Part shown: positions 16,667 to 26,738 of the stretch, piece after piece
Layout: each line of letters opens with the position of its first letter
Numbering within the stretch: the stretch's first letter is position 1
NCBI GenBank assembly: GCA_965222605.1
Contig: OZ244960.1
Location: forward strand, 5,289,329 to 5,321,328
Source: Candidatus Latescibacterota bacterium
GTDB taxonomy: Bacteria > Latescibacterota > UBA2968
DNA: 32,000 bases
Reading direction: 5' to 3'
Notes under the pieces: model-generated
What the model saw: only the letters and a program-made list of their open reading frames with translations
Told to the model about the DNA's origin: nothing
Database searches by the model: none
Program-made: the position numbers and the translations under genes

Positions 16667-16690
16667 ACCGTCTTTGCGGACGGTTTTTTT
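16667..16690 (+). terminator. Weak rho-independent terminator
   Basis: A short 6-bp stem, accgtc/gacggt, with a 6-nt loop is followed by TTTTTT. Confidence 0.35.
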
Positions 16691-16705
16691 ATGTGAGCGT
16701 ATGTT

Positions 16706-17596
16706 ATGTCTATTTCATCTCGTACAGTGTTGTGTTACGGGGTACTGGGTATCGACCAAATCGTGCAAGTGGCCTGGTTTCCCGAGCGCAATGGGCACAC
16801 GCGCGCGTTTCGCGACGAAGAATTTGTTGGTGGAGAAGCGACCAATACGGCGGTGACTCTGAGCGGGTTGGGAGTTGATGTGCGGTTGATGGGGTGTGCA
16901 CTGGGAGACGACCGCAGAGGCGCACTTTTCTTGCGCACCATGCGTCAATTTGACGTGGATATCCGCAGGCTCGATATAGATCCCAGCGTTCGCACCGGAC
17001 ACGCTGTTATTCTGTCCGATGTCAATGGTGGGCGAACGATTTGTGGACATTTTCCCGATGTGCGCAGTAGGCCACTGACCGAGGCGGATCTCGATGGTGT
17101 TGCCCTGTTGTCTGTCGATCCCTTTTTAGGAGAAAATGCAATCCGAGCAGCTAAAATTGCGCGGGCATGTGATGTGACGGTATTTGCAATTGAACTGGCG
17201 CCAGATCACCCACTTGCAAAATGCTGTGATGTAGTGATCAATTCTGACGGTTTTATGCGCCGGCACAGAATGGGCCTCCCCTCAGATGTGGCGGTTGGGC
17301 TTTTGAAGGCCGGTATAGAAACCGTGGTGATTACCAAAGGAAAACAGGGCTGTCAGATTTTTCAGGAAAATGGCAATAGTTTTGAACAGCCCGCATACCA
17401 GGTCACTGTGCGCGATACAACCGGGGCGGGAGATGCGTTTCGAGCCGGTCTTATTTACGGGTATTTGCGGGGATGGACGCTGACGCGCAGTGTGCAATTT
17501 GCCAGCGGAAGTGCTGCACTAACATGTGCCAGGGCTGGTGGGGCAGGCCATATTCACGGAGAAGAACAGGTCTTGCAACTGATTGTCGAAGATTGA
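16706..17596 (+). CDS. PfkB-family carbohydrate kinase (ribokinase-like)
   Basis: VGGEATNTAV (N-terminal GG motif) and the C-terminal TTGAGDAFRAGLIYG anion-hole/catalytic motif are present. The substrate is not inferable. Confidence 0.8.
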   Translation: MSISSRTVLCYGVLGIDQIVQVAWFPERNGHTRAFRDEEFVGGEATNTAVTLSGLGVDVRLMGCALGDDRRGALFLRTMRQFDVDIRRLDIDPSVRTGHAVILSDVNGGRTICGHFPDVRSRPLTEADLDGVALLSVDPFLGENAIRAAKIARACDVTVFAIELAPDHPLAKCCDVVINSDGFMRRHRMGLPSDVAVGLLKAGIETVVITKGKQGCQIFQENGNSFEQPAYQVTVRDTTGAGDAFRAGLIYGYLRGWTLTRSVQFASGSAALTCARAGGAGHIHGEEQVLQLIVED

Positions 17597-17632
17597 ATTT
17601 CAAAATTTTTCTGATTATGGGTGATATACACG

Positions 17633-17893
17633 ATGCTGGAACAACGGGCTACGATAAAAAATAAACTGGGCATTCACGCGAGACCCGCGGCTTTGCTGGT
17701 ACAGGCGGCGGCTAAATTTACTTCTGAAATTACACTGGAAAATGATGGTCTGGCAATCAATGGCAAGAGTATTATGGGCGTGATGATGTTGGCTGCGGAA
17801 GAGGGTTCTGTGATCACGGTGCGGGTCGAAGGTGAAGATGCCCGCGATGCACTGGATCATATCGTCGAAATGATTGAATCAAAATTTGACTGA
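17633..17893 (+). CDS. ptsH: Phosphocarrier protein HPr
   Basis: The His-15 site is in KLGIHARPAA and a Ser-46-type site in NGKSIMGVMML. ATG 17633 gives a canonical-length HPr (86 aa). Confidence 0.9.
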   Translation: MLEQRATIKNKLGIHARPAALLVQAAAKFTSEITLENDGLAINGKSIMGVMMLAAEEGSVITVRVEGEDARDALDHIVEMIESKFD

Positions 17894-17896
17894 GCT

Positions 17897-19681
17897 ATGA
17901 AATATCTCAAAGGCATACAGGCGTCTCCGGGCATTGCAATTGCACCGGTGTATTTATACGATCCAGAAGAGTTTCCCGTGGATCAACGCCGGATAGATCC
18001 CCGCGATATTCCCGCAGAAAAAGCGAGACTGCAAGAGGCAATCAGAGCAGTGTCTGAGGATTTCGCGGCCACGCGGGCGCATGTCGAGGATATACTGGGC
18101 AAAGAGCACGCGCAGATATTCGACGCGCATTTGCTCATATTGCAAGACCCCATGCTTCTCGAGCTTACATATCCACATATAGAAAAATATAATGCCGAAT
18201 ACGCTTTTTGGACGACCTTCCAGAATTTGCGTCGTCGATTTGAAGCATTTCAAGATGATTATTTGAGAGAACGCGGTGCTGATTTATTGGGTATTGCAAA
18301 GCGGGTGTTAGCCAAATTGGGGAATTGGGAAAAGGCAGGGTTAGATCGATTGCCCGACAAAGCGATTGTCGTTGCACGCGATTTAATGCCCGACGATATG
18401 GCGCACTTGCAACCCGATCGAGTTTTGGGGCTTGTTACAGAGGTTGGTGGCCCCACGTCCCACGCGATTATTCTGGCGCGCGGGTTAGAGATTCCCGCTG
18501 TTGTCAGCGTTGCTAACGCGCTATCTGATGCGCATATCGGCGATGTGGCGATAGTAGATGGTCATCGCGGGGATTTTATTCTCAACCCGGATGGTGAAAC
18601 ACTCGCACAGTATCAGAGGCTGGCCGAAAAACTGAGAAAGCGAAAGGCAGGGTTAGCCTATTCCCGAGATTTGCCCGCCCAGACTAAGGATGGTGTTCGG
18701 GTCGCGTTGCAGGCCAATGTGGAATTGCCCAGCGAGGTGCATTCTGCGATGGATTACGGTGCTGAGGGCGTCGGGTTGTACCGCACGGAATATCTCTATC
18801 TCGCCAGCGATATTTTGCCCGATGAGGCCTCACAGGTTGCCGCCTATTCGCAAATGGCCAAGCGCATTGCGCCACATCCCCTCGTGATTCGCACCCTGGA
18901 TCTGGGGGGCGATAAAATGTCGCATGTACTCAATACACAACCAGAAATGAATCCCTTTTTAGGGTTGCGATCCATCCGGCTGACGCTGAGGCACCGCGAC
19001 CTTTTTAAAATACAGCTTCGGGCGATCTTAAAAGCGAGTGCTGTTGGCAATGTGAAGTTGATGTTGCCCTTGATTTCGGGAATCGACGAATTGCGCGAAG
19101 CACTTGCCGTGCTCAATGACGTGCGCGAAGAACTGGCGCGAGAAGGTGTGCCTTTTGACCCTCAGTGTCCTGTTGGGGTCATGATCGAAGTCCCTTCTGC
19201 TGCGCTGATAGCCGATCAATTGGCGCGGGAAGTCGATTTTTTTAGTATTGGCACCAATGATCTGATCCAATACACGCTTGCAGTTGATCGCGGCAATGAT
19301 CTCGTCTCGTATTTATTCGATCCGTTTCACCCCGCGGTCTTGCGATTGATCAAGTGCGTGGTCGATGCAGCGCATGCACAAAATATACCGGTGACTGTTT
19401 GCGGCGAGATGGCGGGAGATCCGCATTCTGGATTGTTGCTGATGGGCATGGGGGTTGACAAGCTGTCGATGACGCCTTCGGCATTGCCCGAGGTCAAACG
19501 CGCAATTCGCAATACATCTTTTGATCTGCTTCAGGCACTTGGCGAAGATGTACTCAATATGCATGAGATCGCAGATATTCGGGCGCGTGTAAACGCCATC
19601 TTATCCGATGAGGATAACGAGTCGTTCGTTGGTGGGGAAAGTGGTGAGACCGCACTACAAATGAGATTGTCGTTGTTTTAA
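17897..19681 (+). CDS. ptsI: Phosphoenolpyruvate--protein phosphotransferase (Enzyme I)
   Basis: Active-site His in GGPTSHAIILARGLEIPAV, plus LYRTEYLY, FFSIGTNDL and CGEMAGDP. There is no N-terminal GAF domain, so it is PtsI rather than PtsP. Confidence 0.93.
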   Translation: MKYLKGIQASPGIAIAPVYLYDPEEFPVDQRRIDPRDIPAEKARLQEAIRAVSEDFAATRAHVEDILGKEHAQIFDAHLLILQDPMLLELTYPHIEKYNAEYAFWTTFQNLRRRFEAFQDDYLRERGADLLGIAKRVLAKLGNWEKAGLDRLPDKAIVVARDLMPDDMAHLQPDRVLGLVTEVGGPTSHAIILARGLEIPAVVSVANALSDAHIGDVAIVDGHRGDFILNPDGETLAQYQRLAEKLRKRKAGLAYSRDLPAQTKDGVRVALQANVELPSEVHSAMDYGAEGVGLYRTEYLYLASDILPDEASQVAAYSQMAKRIAPHPLVIRTLDLGGDKMSHVLNTQPEMNPFLGLRSIRLTLRHRDLFKIQLRAILKASAVGNVKLMLPLISGIDELREALAVLNDVREELAREGVPFDPQCPVGVMIEVPSAALIADQLAREVDFFSIGTNDLIQYTLAVDRGNDLVSYLFDPFHPAVLRLIKCVVDAAHAQNIPVTVCGEMAGDPHSGLLLMGMGVDKLSMTPSALPEVKRAIRNTSFDLLQALGEDVLNMHEIADIRARVNAILSDEDNESFVGGESGETALQMRLSLF

Positions 19682-19702
19682 TTTTTTATAGGAGCAGGCT
19701 TT

Positions 19703-20836
19703 ATGGGTCGTTTGTTTACGTCGGAATCGGTTTCTGAAGGGCATCCAGATAAGGTGGCAGATCAAATTTCGGATGCCGTGCTCGATGCTATGTTGGCGAA
19801 AGATCCCAAATCGAGAGTAGCTTGTGAAACGCTGGTGACAACCGGGCTTGTGGTGGTCGCCGGGGAAGTGACGAGCAAGGCAGTTGTAGATTTTCAGTCG
19901 CTGGTGCGCGGCGTGATTAAAGATATTGGCTATACGAATTCGAGCTACGGATTTGATTACAAAAGTTGTGAGATCATAGTGAAATTAGACCAACAATCGT
20001 CCGATATTGCACAGGGGGTGGATACAGGTGGAGCCGGCGATCAGGGGATGATGTTTGGATATGCGTGTCGAGAAACGGCAGAGCTGATGCCGTTGCCCAT
20101 TACCCTGTCCCACAAATTGGTGGCAGAACTCGCGCAGATTCGGAAAGACAAAGGGCTTTCGTATTTGCGCCCCGATAGCAAAGCACAGGTGACGGTGGAA
20201 TACGATGGGGACGCGCCGGCTCGCGTGCACACGGTGGTGGTTTCGACGCAGCACGATGAAGATGTATCGCACGAGCAGATTGTACGAGATGTAAAAGAAA
20301 AAGTGATCCGCGAAGTGGTGCCCACACATTTTTTGGATGGGGATACGATTTATCACGTCAACCCAACCGGCAAATTTGTAGTGGGCGGGCCATACGGCGA
20401 TTGCGGATTGACCGGGCGAAAAATTATTGTGGATACGTACGGCGGGATGGGGCGTCATGGCGGCGGGGCGTTTTCCGGCAAAGATCCGAGCAAGGTAGAT
20501 CGCAGCGGGCATTATGCGGCGCGCTGGGTCGCCAAAAATGTCGTTGCGGCGGGTCTTGCGTCTCGATGCGAGGTACAACTGGCCTACGCTATCGGGGTGG
20601 CAAAACCCGTTTCGGTCGCCGTAGATACGTTTGGCACGGGCCAAATTGAGGAATCAAAAATTGTCGCTCTGATTGACGATCATTTTGATCTGACGCCGTC
20701 GGGCATTATTGCAGCACTCGAGTTGACCAGCCCCGTGTATCGTTCCACAGCCGCTTATGGTCATTTTGGACGCGGAGAATTTACATGGGAACAGACGAGT
20801 AAGGCCGTTGTATTAAAAAAAGCCGCTGGACTGTAA
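19703..20836 (+). CDS. metK: S-adenosylmethionine synthase
   Basis: [27 protein letters not shown] and [16 protein letters not shown] are present. AGGAG RBS. Confidence 0.96.
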   Translation: MGRLFTSESVSEGHPDKVADQISDAVLDAMLAKDPKSRVACETLVTTGLVVVAGEVTSKAVVDFQSLVRGVIKDIGYTNSSYGFDYKSCEIIVKLDQQSSDIAQGVDTGGAGDQGMMFGYACRETAELMPLPITLSHKLVAELAQIRKDKGLSYLRPDSKAQVTVEYDGDAPARVHTVVVSTQHDEDVSHEQIVRDVKEKVIREVVPTHFLDGDTIYHVNPTGKFVVGGPYGDCGLTGRKIIVDTYGGMGRHGGGAFSGKDPSKVDRSGHYAARWVAKNVVAAGLASRCEVQLAYAIGVAKPVSVAVDTFGTGQIEESKIVALIDDHFDLTPSGIIAALELTSPVYRSTAAYGHFGRGEFTWEQTSKAVVLKKAAGL

Positions 20837-20879
20837 TATTTTTTAGTTTTTCCGACCATTATCATCTTGCCAATTTTTT

Positions 20880-20908
20880 AGCGCGGAATCCACTTCCGCG
20901 CTTTTTTT
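20880..20908 (+). terminator. Rho-independent terminator of metK
   Basis: A perfect 9-bp stem, agcgcggaa/ttccgcgct, with a 5-nt loop is followed by six T. Confidence 0.75.
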
Positions 20909-20927
20909 ATTTCGAGTAAATGCGTTC

Positions 20928-22289
20928 TCATCTTTCGAGATCGTATTGTTTGATTTTTTTGTGCAAGTTGGTGCGTTCAATGCCCAGGGCATTGGATGCG
21001 CGTGTGACATTTCCTCTGTGTCGCTCCAGTGCTTCGGCAATGTAGTGCCGCTCAACGGCCTCGCGCACCTGCCGAAGTGTTTTTCCCGCGCCGAGATCTG
21101 GAAAAGAATCGAGTTGTTTTGGAATGGTCATGCGATCTAAAGTGGGTAAATCTTCAGGATATATGGTATCTTCTGAAACCATAATTGAGAGGCGTTCAAT
21201 CAGGTTTTTCAGTTCGCGGATGTTGCCGGGCCAGTCGTATTGCAAGAGCAGGTCCCGCGCTTCTGCCGATAGTGCTTTGGGTAAAAATCCATTTTCCTGG
21301 GCATAAGTATTGAGGAAGTGTTCGGCCAGTTCGGGGATGTCTGCGCGTCGCTCCCGCAAGGGCGGCGCTGTCAATGGTACCACATTCAGGCGAAAGTAGA
21401 GGTCTTCTCGAAATTTGCCCTGCTCGACTTCGGCGTGCAAATTTTTGTTTGTCGCAGCGATGACACGCACATCTACCTGAAAGGTTTTGACGCCACCGAC
21501 CCGTTCAAATTCACCCTGCTCGAGCGCGCGCAAAACCTTGGCCTGTACCGATAGGCTCATGTCGCCAATTTCATCGAGAAATAACGTCCCCCCATCGGCT
21601 TGAAGGAACTTGCCATCGCGCGTTTTGACCGCGCCGGTAAATGCGCCCCGGTCACTTCCAAACAATTCGCTTTCAATGAGCTCTTCGGGAATGGCAGCAC
21701 AGTTTACTTTGATAAAGGGATTGTTCGCTCTACGACTCATTTTGTGAACAGCGCGGGCAATGAGTTCTTTGCCCGTGCCACTTTCGCCGAGGATGAGAAC
21801 GCGCCCATTGGTGGGGGCAACGCGCGCTATCTGGTTGCGAATTTCTGTCAGGGCAGGACTTTGTCCCAACATTTCGTAGCGTCCTTCAATTTGTTGCTTG
21901 AGGTGGCGATTTTCCTCGGTGAGTTCCCGGGTCTGGAGGGCACGAGAAATCGCCAGTAGCACTTTGTCGCGATCGAGGGGTTTTTCCAGGAAATCATAAG
22001 CTCCCCGTTTGATGGCGAGAACGGCGTTTTGCACATTGCCGTGTCCCGAAATCATGATGACTGCCAGATCGGGACGCACTTTGAGGAGTTTGGGCAACAG
22101 GTCGAGGCCGTTGATTTCTGGCATAAGAATGTCGAGCAAGACCAGGTGAATGTATTCTTTTTTTAGTACGCCAAGACCCGCTTGTGCCGAGGCGCAGGTA
22201 AAGACCTGATAGCCTTCACCCGATAAGATCATGTCTAAGGTTCGGCGGATATTTCTTTCGTCGTCAATAATGAGAATGTTTTGGCTCAT
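20928..22289 (-). CDS. Sigma-54-dependent response regulator (NtrC/NtrX family)
   Basis: Receiver domain ([10 protein letters not shown]), AAA+ Walker A GESGTGKE, the sigma-54 contact motif GAFTGA and a C-terminal Fis-type HTH. Its start overlaps the kinase stop in ATGA. Confidence 0.92.
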   Translation of the reverse strand: MSQNILIIDDERNIRRTLDMILSGEGYQVFTCASAQAGLGVLKKEYIHLVLLDILMPEINGLDLLPKLLKVRPDLAVIMISGHGNVQNAVLAIKRGAYDFLEKPLDRDKVLLAISRALQTRELTEENRHLKQQIEGRYEMLGQSPALTEIRNQIARVAPTNGRVLILGESGTGKELIARAVHKMSRRANNPFIKVNCAAIPEELIESELFGSDRGAFTGAVKTRDGKFLQADGGTLFLDEIGDMSLSVQAKVLRALEQGEFERVGGVKTFQVDVRVIAATNKNLHAEVEQGKFREDLYFRLNVVPLTAPPLRERRADIPELAEHFLNTYAQENGFLPKALSAEARDLLLQYDWPGNIRELKNLIERLSIMVSEDTIYPEDLPTLDRMTIPKQLDSFPDLGAGKTLRQVREAVERHYIAEALERHRGNVTRASNALGIERTNLHKKIKQYDLER

Positions 22290-23734
22290 TGCTGTTCCTC
22301 CGGTTGTGCTACCGCTTGGTCGGGAATGGGAAGTTGAAGATCGAATTGCGCGCCCCCTGTAGGGGCATCTGTGACCGAGATATGTCCCCCGTGATCTTCA
22401 ATGATGCTGTGCACCACGGCAAGGCCCAGGCCCATACCGCTTTCTTTTGTGGAAACATAAGGTTGGAAGATACGCCCGCGATCTTTCAGGGGCACGCCCG
22501 GCCCGCTGTCAATTACGGAAAGTATAGCCGTGTCGCCAGACGTGCGCGTGCGAATCTCGATCTGGCCGTTTTTGCCAGAAGCATCAAGACCATTTTCTAT
22601 CAGATTAATCAGCACCCGACGCATCTGCTCGGCGTCGAGTTCGAGCGTTGGGTGATTTTTTTTTAGGTCGAGGTGAATGCGGGCATCTGGGTAGAGGCGA
22701 ACGACATTGTGTACACATTCATTGAGGTCGCTGGGAGAGAGAGAGAGAGAGGGCATGCGAGCAAAATTGGCAAATTCTTGAACCAGAGATCTGAGATTTT
22801 CGACTTCTTCTGTGACGATTTCCGTGCAGTTGGTCACAAATTGTTGATACGCAGGATCATTGCCAGAATATTTATCGCGTATTTGCTGCACGGCAAGTTG
22901 AATGGGCGTTAACGGATTTTTTATTTCGTGAGCCAGGCGCCGCGCAATTTCTCGCCAGGCTGCAATTTGCTCGGCTTCGAGTCGTTTGCGTCTGTTTTCT
23001 ACAAGGTCTTGCGCCATCTGGTTAAAGGATTCGATAAGTAAGCCGATCTCGTCATCTCTGCCCCTGGGGATGCGGTATTGCAGGTTATCGCGTGCCATTT
23101 CTCGCGTGCCTTTAAGTAGTGCATTAAGCGGGCGCGTTATCTCAAAGCCAATGCGAACGCCAATCACAGATGCCAGAAGGACAACGCCTGCTGAGGCGAC
23201 GAGAAAGGCGAGTAGAAATGCAGTGCGCAGATCGTCTTCCGCCATTTCAATATGTTTGTACGTATGTACGGCATTTTCAACATCGATGAGTGTCTCGAGT
23301 GAAAGCAGGGCAGTTAGTGCTCGTTGCGAATCGGGAAGTGCGAGTACGAGTTGAAGCTGATCGGTCTCTCCTTTGGAGATCACGGGACCTTGCGAGAGGT
23401 CTGTGTCGATCTGTTCGATAGGCGAAATACGCAGGGTCAGGTCGTTGAGGCCGGCATTTGCAAATGCGGCGTGTAAGGCATTCTCGTCGCGGTGAGGTGG
23501 CGCAGATAAAAGCTGTCCTATATTCTGAAGCTGCCGTTTTTTTGCGTCGTAGTTCTCTTTTGCCAAAGAAAGTGCACTGGTCAGCGCACTACCCATCTCG
23601 ACATTGACGTTGGTCTGCAGGCTCAGGCTCAGCGCCAAAAAGTGTCGTGCGAGCAGCGCGAGTATGAGTGTTGTGCCCAATGCCAGACCAATCAGGGCGG
23701 CGATGATGCGCCAGCGCAGGGGAATAGCTCTCAT
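22286..23734 (-). CDS. Sensor histidine kinase (2 TM, HAMP, HisKA, HATPase_c; NtrY-like H-box)
   Basis: TM segments lie near residues 10-30 and 170-195, followed by a HAMP domain. The H-box is RLAHEIKNPLTPIQL, with N/G boxes (IENGLDA, DSGPGV, GMGLGL). Confidence 0.9.
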   Translation of the reverse strand: MRAIPLRWRIIAALIGLALGTTLILALLARHFLALSLSLQTNVNVEMGSALTSALSLAKENYDAKKRQLQNIGQLLSAPPHRDENALHAAFANAGLNDLTLRISPIEQIDTDLSQGPVISKGETDQLQLVLALPDSQRALTALLSLETLIDVENAVHTYKHIEMAEDDLRTAFLLAFLVASAGVVLLASVIGVRIGFEITRPLNALLKGTREMARDNLQYRIPRGRDDEIGLLIESFNQMAQDLVENRRKRLEAEQIAAWREIARRLAHEIKNPLTPIQLAVQQIRDKYSGNDPAYQQFVTNCTEIVTEEVENLRSLVQEFANFARMPSLSLSPSDLNECVHNVVRLYPDARIHLDLKKNHPTLELDAEQMRRVLINLIENGLDASGKNGQIEIRTRTSGDTAILSVIDSGPGVPLKDRGRIFQPYVSTKESGMGLGLAVVHSIIEDHGGHISVTDAPTGGAQFDLQLPIPDQAVAQPEEQQ

Positions 23735-23755
23735 AGTTGTGTCTCCAGGCAGTGT

Positions 23756-24367
23756 TTATTCATTAAGAAGGTGTGGGAGTGCGCTGGGGCGAAATCTGAA
23801 CAGGTCAATCCATTCGGGAAATGTAGATCTGTCCAGAGTGAAGAAAAATTCGAGATAGCTGCCTTTTTCGATTATCTTGAGCCATTGTCGCGTGCGTTCT
23901 CGTTGCTCGGGCGAGATCGGGTTTACGTCTATCCGCACCTGCAAGGTGATAGGCTCATCGGGCAGGGGAAGCAGAGCCAGTGTGACTCCCTGAAGTTCAG
24001 AACACGCGCGTCGAATATCTTCAAAATGAGACGTGATCTGTGTGTCTGGTCGTGCGGTTTGCCGGATGAGGCGATATTGCCCTTCCCAGATGTCGTGCTC
24101 CAAACGCCTGAGCAAGCTGCGCAGTCCCAGATTATCTCCACGGCCTGTCCGCAGACGAAATTGCACGGCGATAGATGTTGTCATGCCCGATTCAATGGCA
24201 TCAATAGCCCGTTTGGAAAAGAGAGAATCGATGGTTGCATCGAGGCGCAGGGTATCGGACTGCACATAAATATAAAGACTGTCTTGCGGTATGTGCTGTG
24301 CAAGTAAGGATTGCACGCTGGCAAGCAAGCAAACTGTGAGTGTCTGGATGATGAAGAATTGAGTCAT
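23756..24367 (-). CDS. Exported protein, DUF4390-like
   Basis: The signal peptide is MTQFFIIQTLTVCLLASVQSLLAQ. LRLDATIDSLFSKRAIDAIESGMTTSIAVQFRL resembles my recollection of DUF4390, a family typically encoded just upstream of NtrY-type kinases. The family call is from memory and unverified. Confidence 0.5.
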   Translation of the reverse strand: MTQFFIIQTLTVCLLASVQSLLAQHIPQDSLYIYVQSDTLRLDATIDSLFSKRAIDAIESGMTTSIAVQFRLRTGRGDNLGLRSLLRRLEHDIWEGQYRLIRQTARPDTQITSHFEDIRRACSELQGVTLALLPLPDEPITLQVRIDVNPISPEQRERTRQWLKIIEKGSYLEFFFTLDRSTFPEWIDLFRFRPSALPHLLNE

Positions 24368-24374
24368 CTATTCC

Positions 24375-25643
24375 TCACAGACCAATCTTGACGCCGGCAA
24401 AACGATGTGATTTTACGATGAGTGTTCCCGTGCTGATTCCAAAGCTGATATCTACGCGGTTAAAGAGCAGCATGCCCACGCCAAAGGCAAAGTCGGCATC
24501 TCGCCGGTCGTTGTCTTTTACAGCGCGATGTACACCGCCACTTTCGGCAAAGGCATATACTCGCCCCAGGATTTTGAGATCGATGGCATAGAGGGCTTCA
24601 GCTACAAAAAACAGGGTGCCGCCTTCTGGCCCAATAACGCGGCGTTCTATGCCCCTGAGTTGATTATCCCCATCGAGATAAAAACGTTCGTAAAAAGGCG
24701 GATTCCCCCAGATGCCTCCTGTTTTGATGCCGAGCGAAAGGATGTGTCCTGCGATAACTTGCTGGTGCCGATAGAGTTCCGTGCGAAGTTTGATATAATT
24801 TGCTACAGATCCCAGAAGTTTGGACGATAGTATGAGGCGGGCGTTAAAATCTGTACCTTGCCCCCAGACTGCGCTCACGGGATGTTTGAACAGGTTAAAA
24901 GAAAGTGTGGAGAGGTTTTCCCGCCCTACGGCAGCTTTAATTTCATTGGCGAAGACCCCACCGCTCGTGGGGATGGTGGGATGATGAAAATCGCCGATTT
25001 GTATGGCTTCAAAAGCGTATGTTAAAACGAAATGGTAGGCACGCAGAGGAGAGGGCTGACCAATGCCCATGGCAAATCCGATGCGCTCGAGATCGTAGCG
25101 CCCCCTGATGTTGGGGTCTGGATCGCGAAAGATGTCGCGGTCTGCAGAAGACCCCGTTACCTGAATGTGAAATGCCTGATTGGTTTTGCGAAAGAGCGGA
25201 TCGCTGTAGTGAAACCCCCAGTATTTGAAGCGTTCTCCCAAACCGTATTCCACGCCGACTAATTTTCCCTCGCCACGCAGGTTGGCATAATGGGCATTTG
25301 CAGCCGCGCCAAAGCCATCGAGTTCGGAATATTCAAAACTCAAACCCAGGTCGCCAAAACGCTTTTCCTGTACATAGACTACGAGAATGGCTTTGCCTTT
25401 TTCCGCGCCGGGTTTGACATTGACAAATGCGGTTCGAAAAAGCAGCAGGCGCTCGAGGACCACACGGCAGCGGTCAATATCCCCTTCGCGCAGGTTATCA
25501 CCTACTTTTATGGGTAAGACCTGACGAATGATTTCCGCACGGGTTTTTTCATTGCCGCGCACCTCAATATTTTCTATTTCATGTCCAATTTGCCCCAGGG
25601 CAGGGGTGGCAAACAGGCAGAGCAGGATGAGATATTTGTACAT
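24375..25643 (-). CDS. Omp85/BamA-like outer-membrane protein (single POTRA + beta-barrel)
   Basis: The signal peptide is MYKYLILLCLFATPALGQ, followed by the POTRA-like IENIEVRGNEKTRAEIIRQVLPIKVGDNL. The remainder alternates in a beta-strand pattern with a bacterial surface-antigen-type C-terminus. Confidence 0.75.
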   Translation of the reverse strand: MYKYLILLCLFATPALGQIGHEIENIEVRGNEKTRAEIIRQVLPIKVGDNLREGDIDRCRVVLERLLLFRTAFVNVKPGAEKGKAILVVYVQEKRFGDLGLSFEYSELDGFGAAANAHYANLRGEGKLVGVEYGLGERFKYWGFHYSDPLFRKTNQAFHIQVTGSSADRDIFRDPDPNIRGRYDLERIGFAMGIGQPSPLRAYHFVLTYAFEAIQIGDFHHPTIPTSGGVFANEIKAAVGRENLSTLSFNLFKHPVSAVWGQGTDFNARLILSSKLLGSVANYIKLRTELYRHQQVIAGHILSLGIKTGGIWGNPPFYERFYLDGDNQLRGIERRVIGPEGGTLFFVAEALYAIDLKILGRVYAFAESGGVHRAVKDNDRRDADFAFGVGMLLFNRVDISFGISTGTLIVKSHRFAGVKIGL

Positions 25644-25678
25644 GATGGCAGCACTCTTGTGGTTTTTGGATACAATTA

Positions 25679-25694
25679 TGCAAAAACTGTGCCC
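25679..25694 (-). promoter_or_regulatory. Sigma-54 (-24/-12) promoter candidate for the omp85-like operon
   Basis: The minus strand reads tGGGCACagtttTTGCAt, i.e. GGCAC-N5-TTGCA with exact consensus spacing. The -12 element lies about 35 nt upstream of the omp85-like ATG (25643). Confidence 0.5.
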
Positions 25695-25855
25695 AATTAT
25701 CGTGGATCTTTGCGGATAAAAATAAGATTTGAAAAAATAAAGAGTTGTGCGTATATCTAATACTAAAAATTAAGTATGCGTTCTGTGAAACAATACGACA
25801 TGTGTATATTTTTTGCAACAGGATTGCAGAATATCATTACTGGAGGACGTAAATA

Positions 25856-26701
25856 ATGTCTGTTTCCCATATCCTCGAAAAACTCAAACGCGATGGGTTT
25901 TACGTGGTTGAAAACGTGATTCCCGAAGATGAGGTGGATGCCGTGCGGCAAGCAGTGGTGGCAGCGCAAGCGCGAAAACACGCAGAGTCAGAGGTGGCAA
26001 TAGCCGCAACCCGGGCGAAGGGACATCGCGTTGGTGCAGAAGGCGTAGCGAGTTTGCGGCAGGTTATTAATGAAACGCAGATTTTCACACCTTATCTGGC
26101 AAGTCGCAAGGTGATGGATGTGGTGGATGCGCTGTTTGGGCCTTATGCGCGCGTTTCTTGCACGGATTGTGTGATTAATTATCCGGGCAATGAAAGGGGG
26201 TACTGGCACGCGGATTGGCCGTATAATGCGACCAATGGGTCGCATATTCCCTCGCCGTATCCCGATGCGTTATTACATTTGTCGTCAATCTGGATGTTGA
26301 CGCCGTTTAATAAAAAAAACGGCGGGACATTTCTCGTGCCGGGCAGCCATCGATGGCTCGATAACCCGGCCGCAGGTGGGATGGAAGATGTGGATCAAGA
26401 TGCGCCGTATCCCACCGAGATGCAGGTGAAGGGCGCAGCGGGCAGTGTGCTGTTTTACGATAGTCGATTGTGGCATGCGGTGGCATCAAATCAGAGTGAT
26501 CAACCGCGTGTGGCATTGATTGTGCGCTATGCCCCGTGGTGGTTAAATTTGAATCCGTCGCATATTGGCAAACCCGAGCACGAGATGATGGTGGTGGAGA
26601 CAGGTGGCAAGAATTACGAATCTATGCCATTGCAAAAGGAGGTTTACGACGGGTTGCCGGAAGATGTGAAGCCTTTGTACCTCCACTGGGTCGAACAATA
26701 G
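25856..26701 (+). CDS. Phytanoyl-CoA dioxygenase (PhyH) family oxygenase
   Basis: GGAGGA RBS. LKRDGFYVVENVIPEDEVD, HADWPY (HxD), GGTFLVPGSHRW and a distal His in LWHAV are present. Confidence 0.8.
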   Translation: MSVSHILEKLKRDGFYVVENVIPEDEVDAVRQAVVAAQARKHAESEVAIAATRAKGHRVGAEGVASLRQVINETQIFTPYLASRKVMDVVDALFGPYARVSCTDCVINYPGNERGYWHADWPYNATNGSHIPSPYPDALLHLSSIWMLTPFNKKNGGTFLVPGSHRWLDNPAAGGMEDVDQDAPYPTEMQVKGAAGSVLFYDSRLWHAVASNQSDQPRVALIVRYAPWWLNLNPSHIGKPEHEMMVVETGGKNYESMPLQKEVYDGLPEDVKPLYLHWVEQ

Positions 26702-26738
26702 TCCGAGGTTTGCAATAAATTATAAAGGGAGGCATACC

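Noticed and set aside
25645-25682. Plus-strand sigma-54-like strings TGGCAGcactcTTGT (25645-25659) and TGGATAcaattaTGCA (25667-25682) that could drive the PhyH/C-N hydrolase genes
   Set aside because: Each deviates at core positions: GT instead of GC at -12 in the first, and no GGCAC core in the second. The second overlaps the much better minus-strand GGCAC-N5-TTGCA element. Both lie more than 170 nt from the PhyH start.
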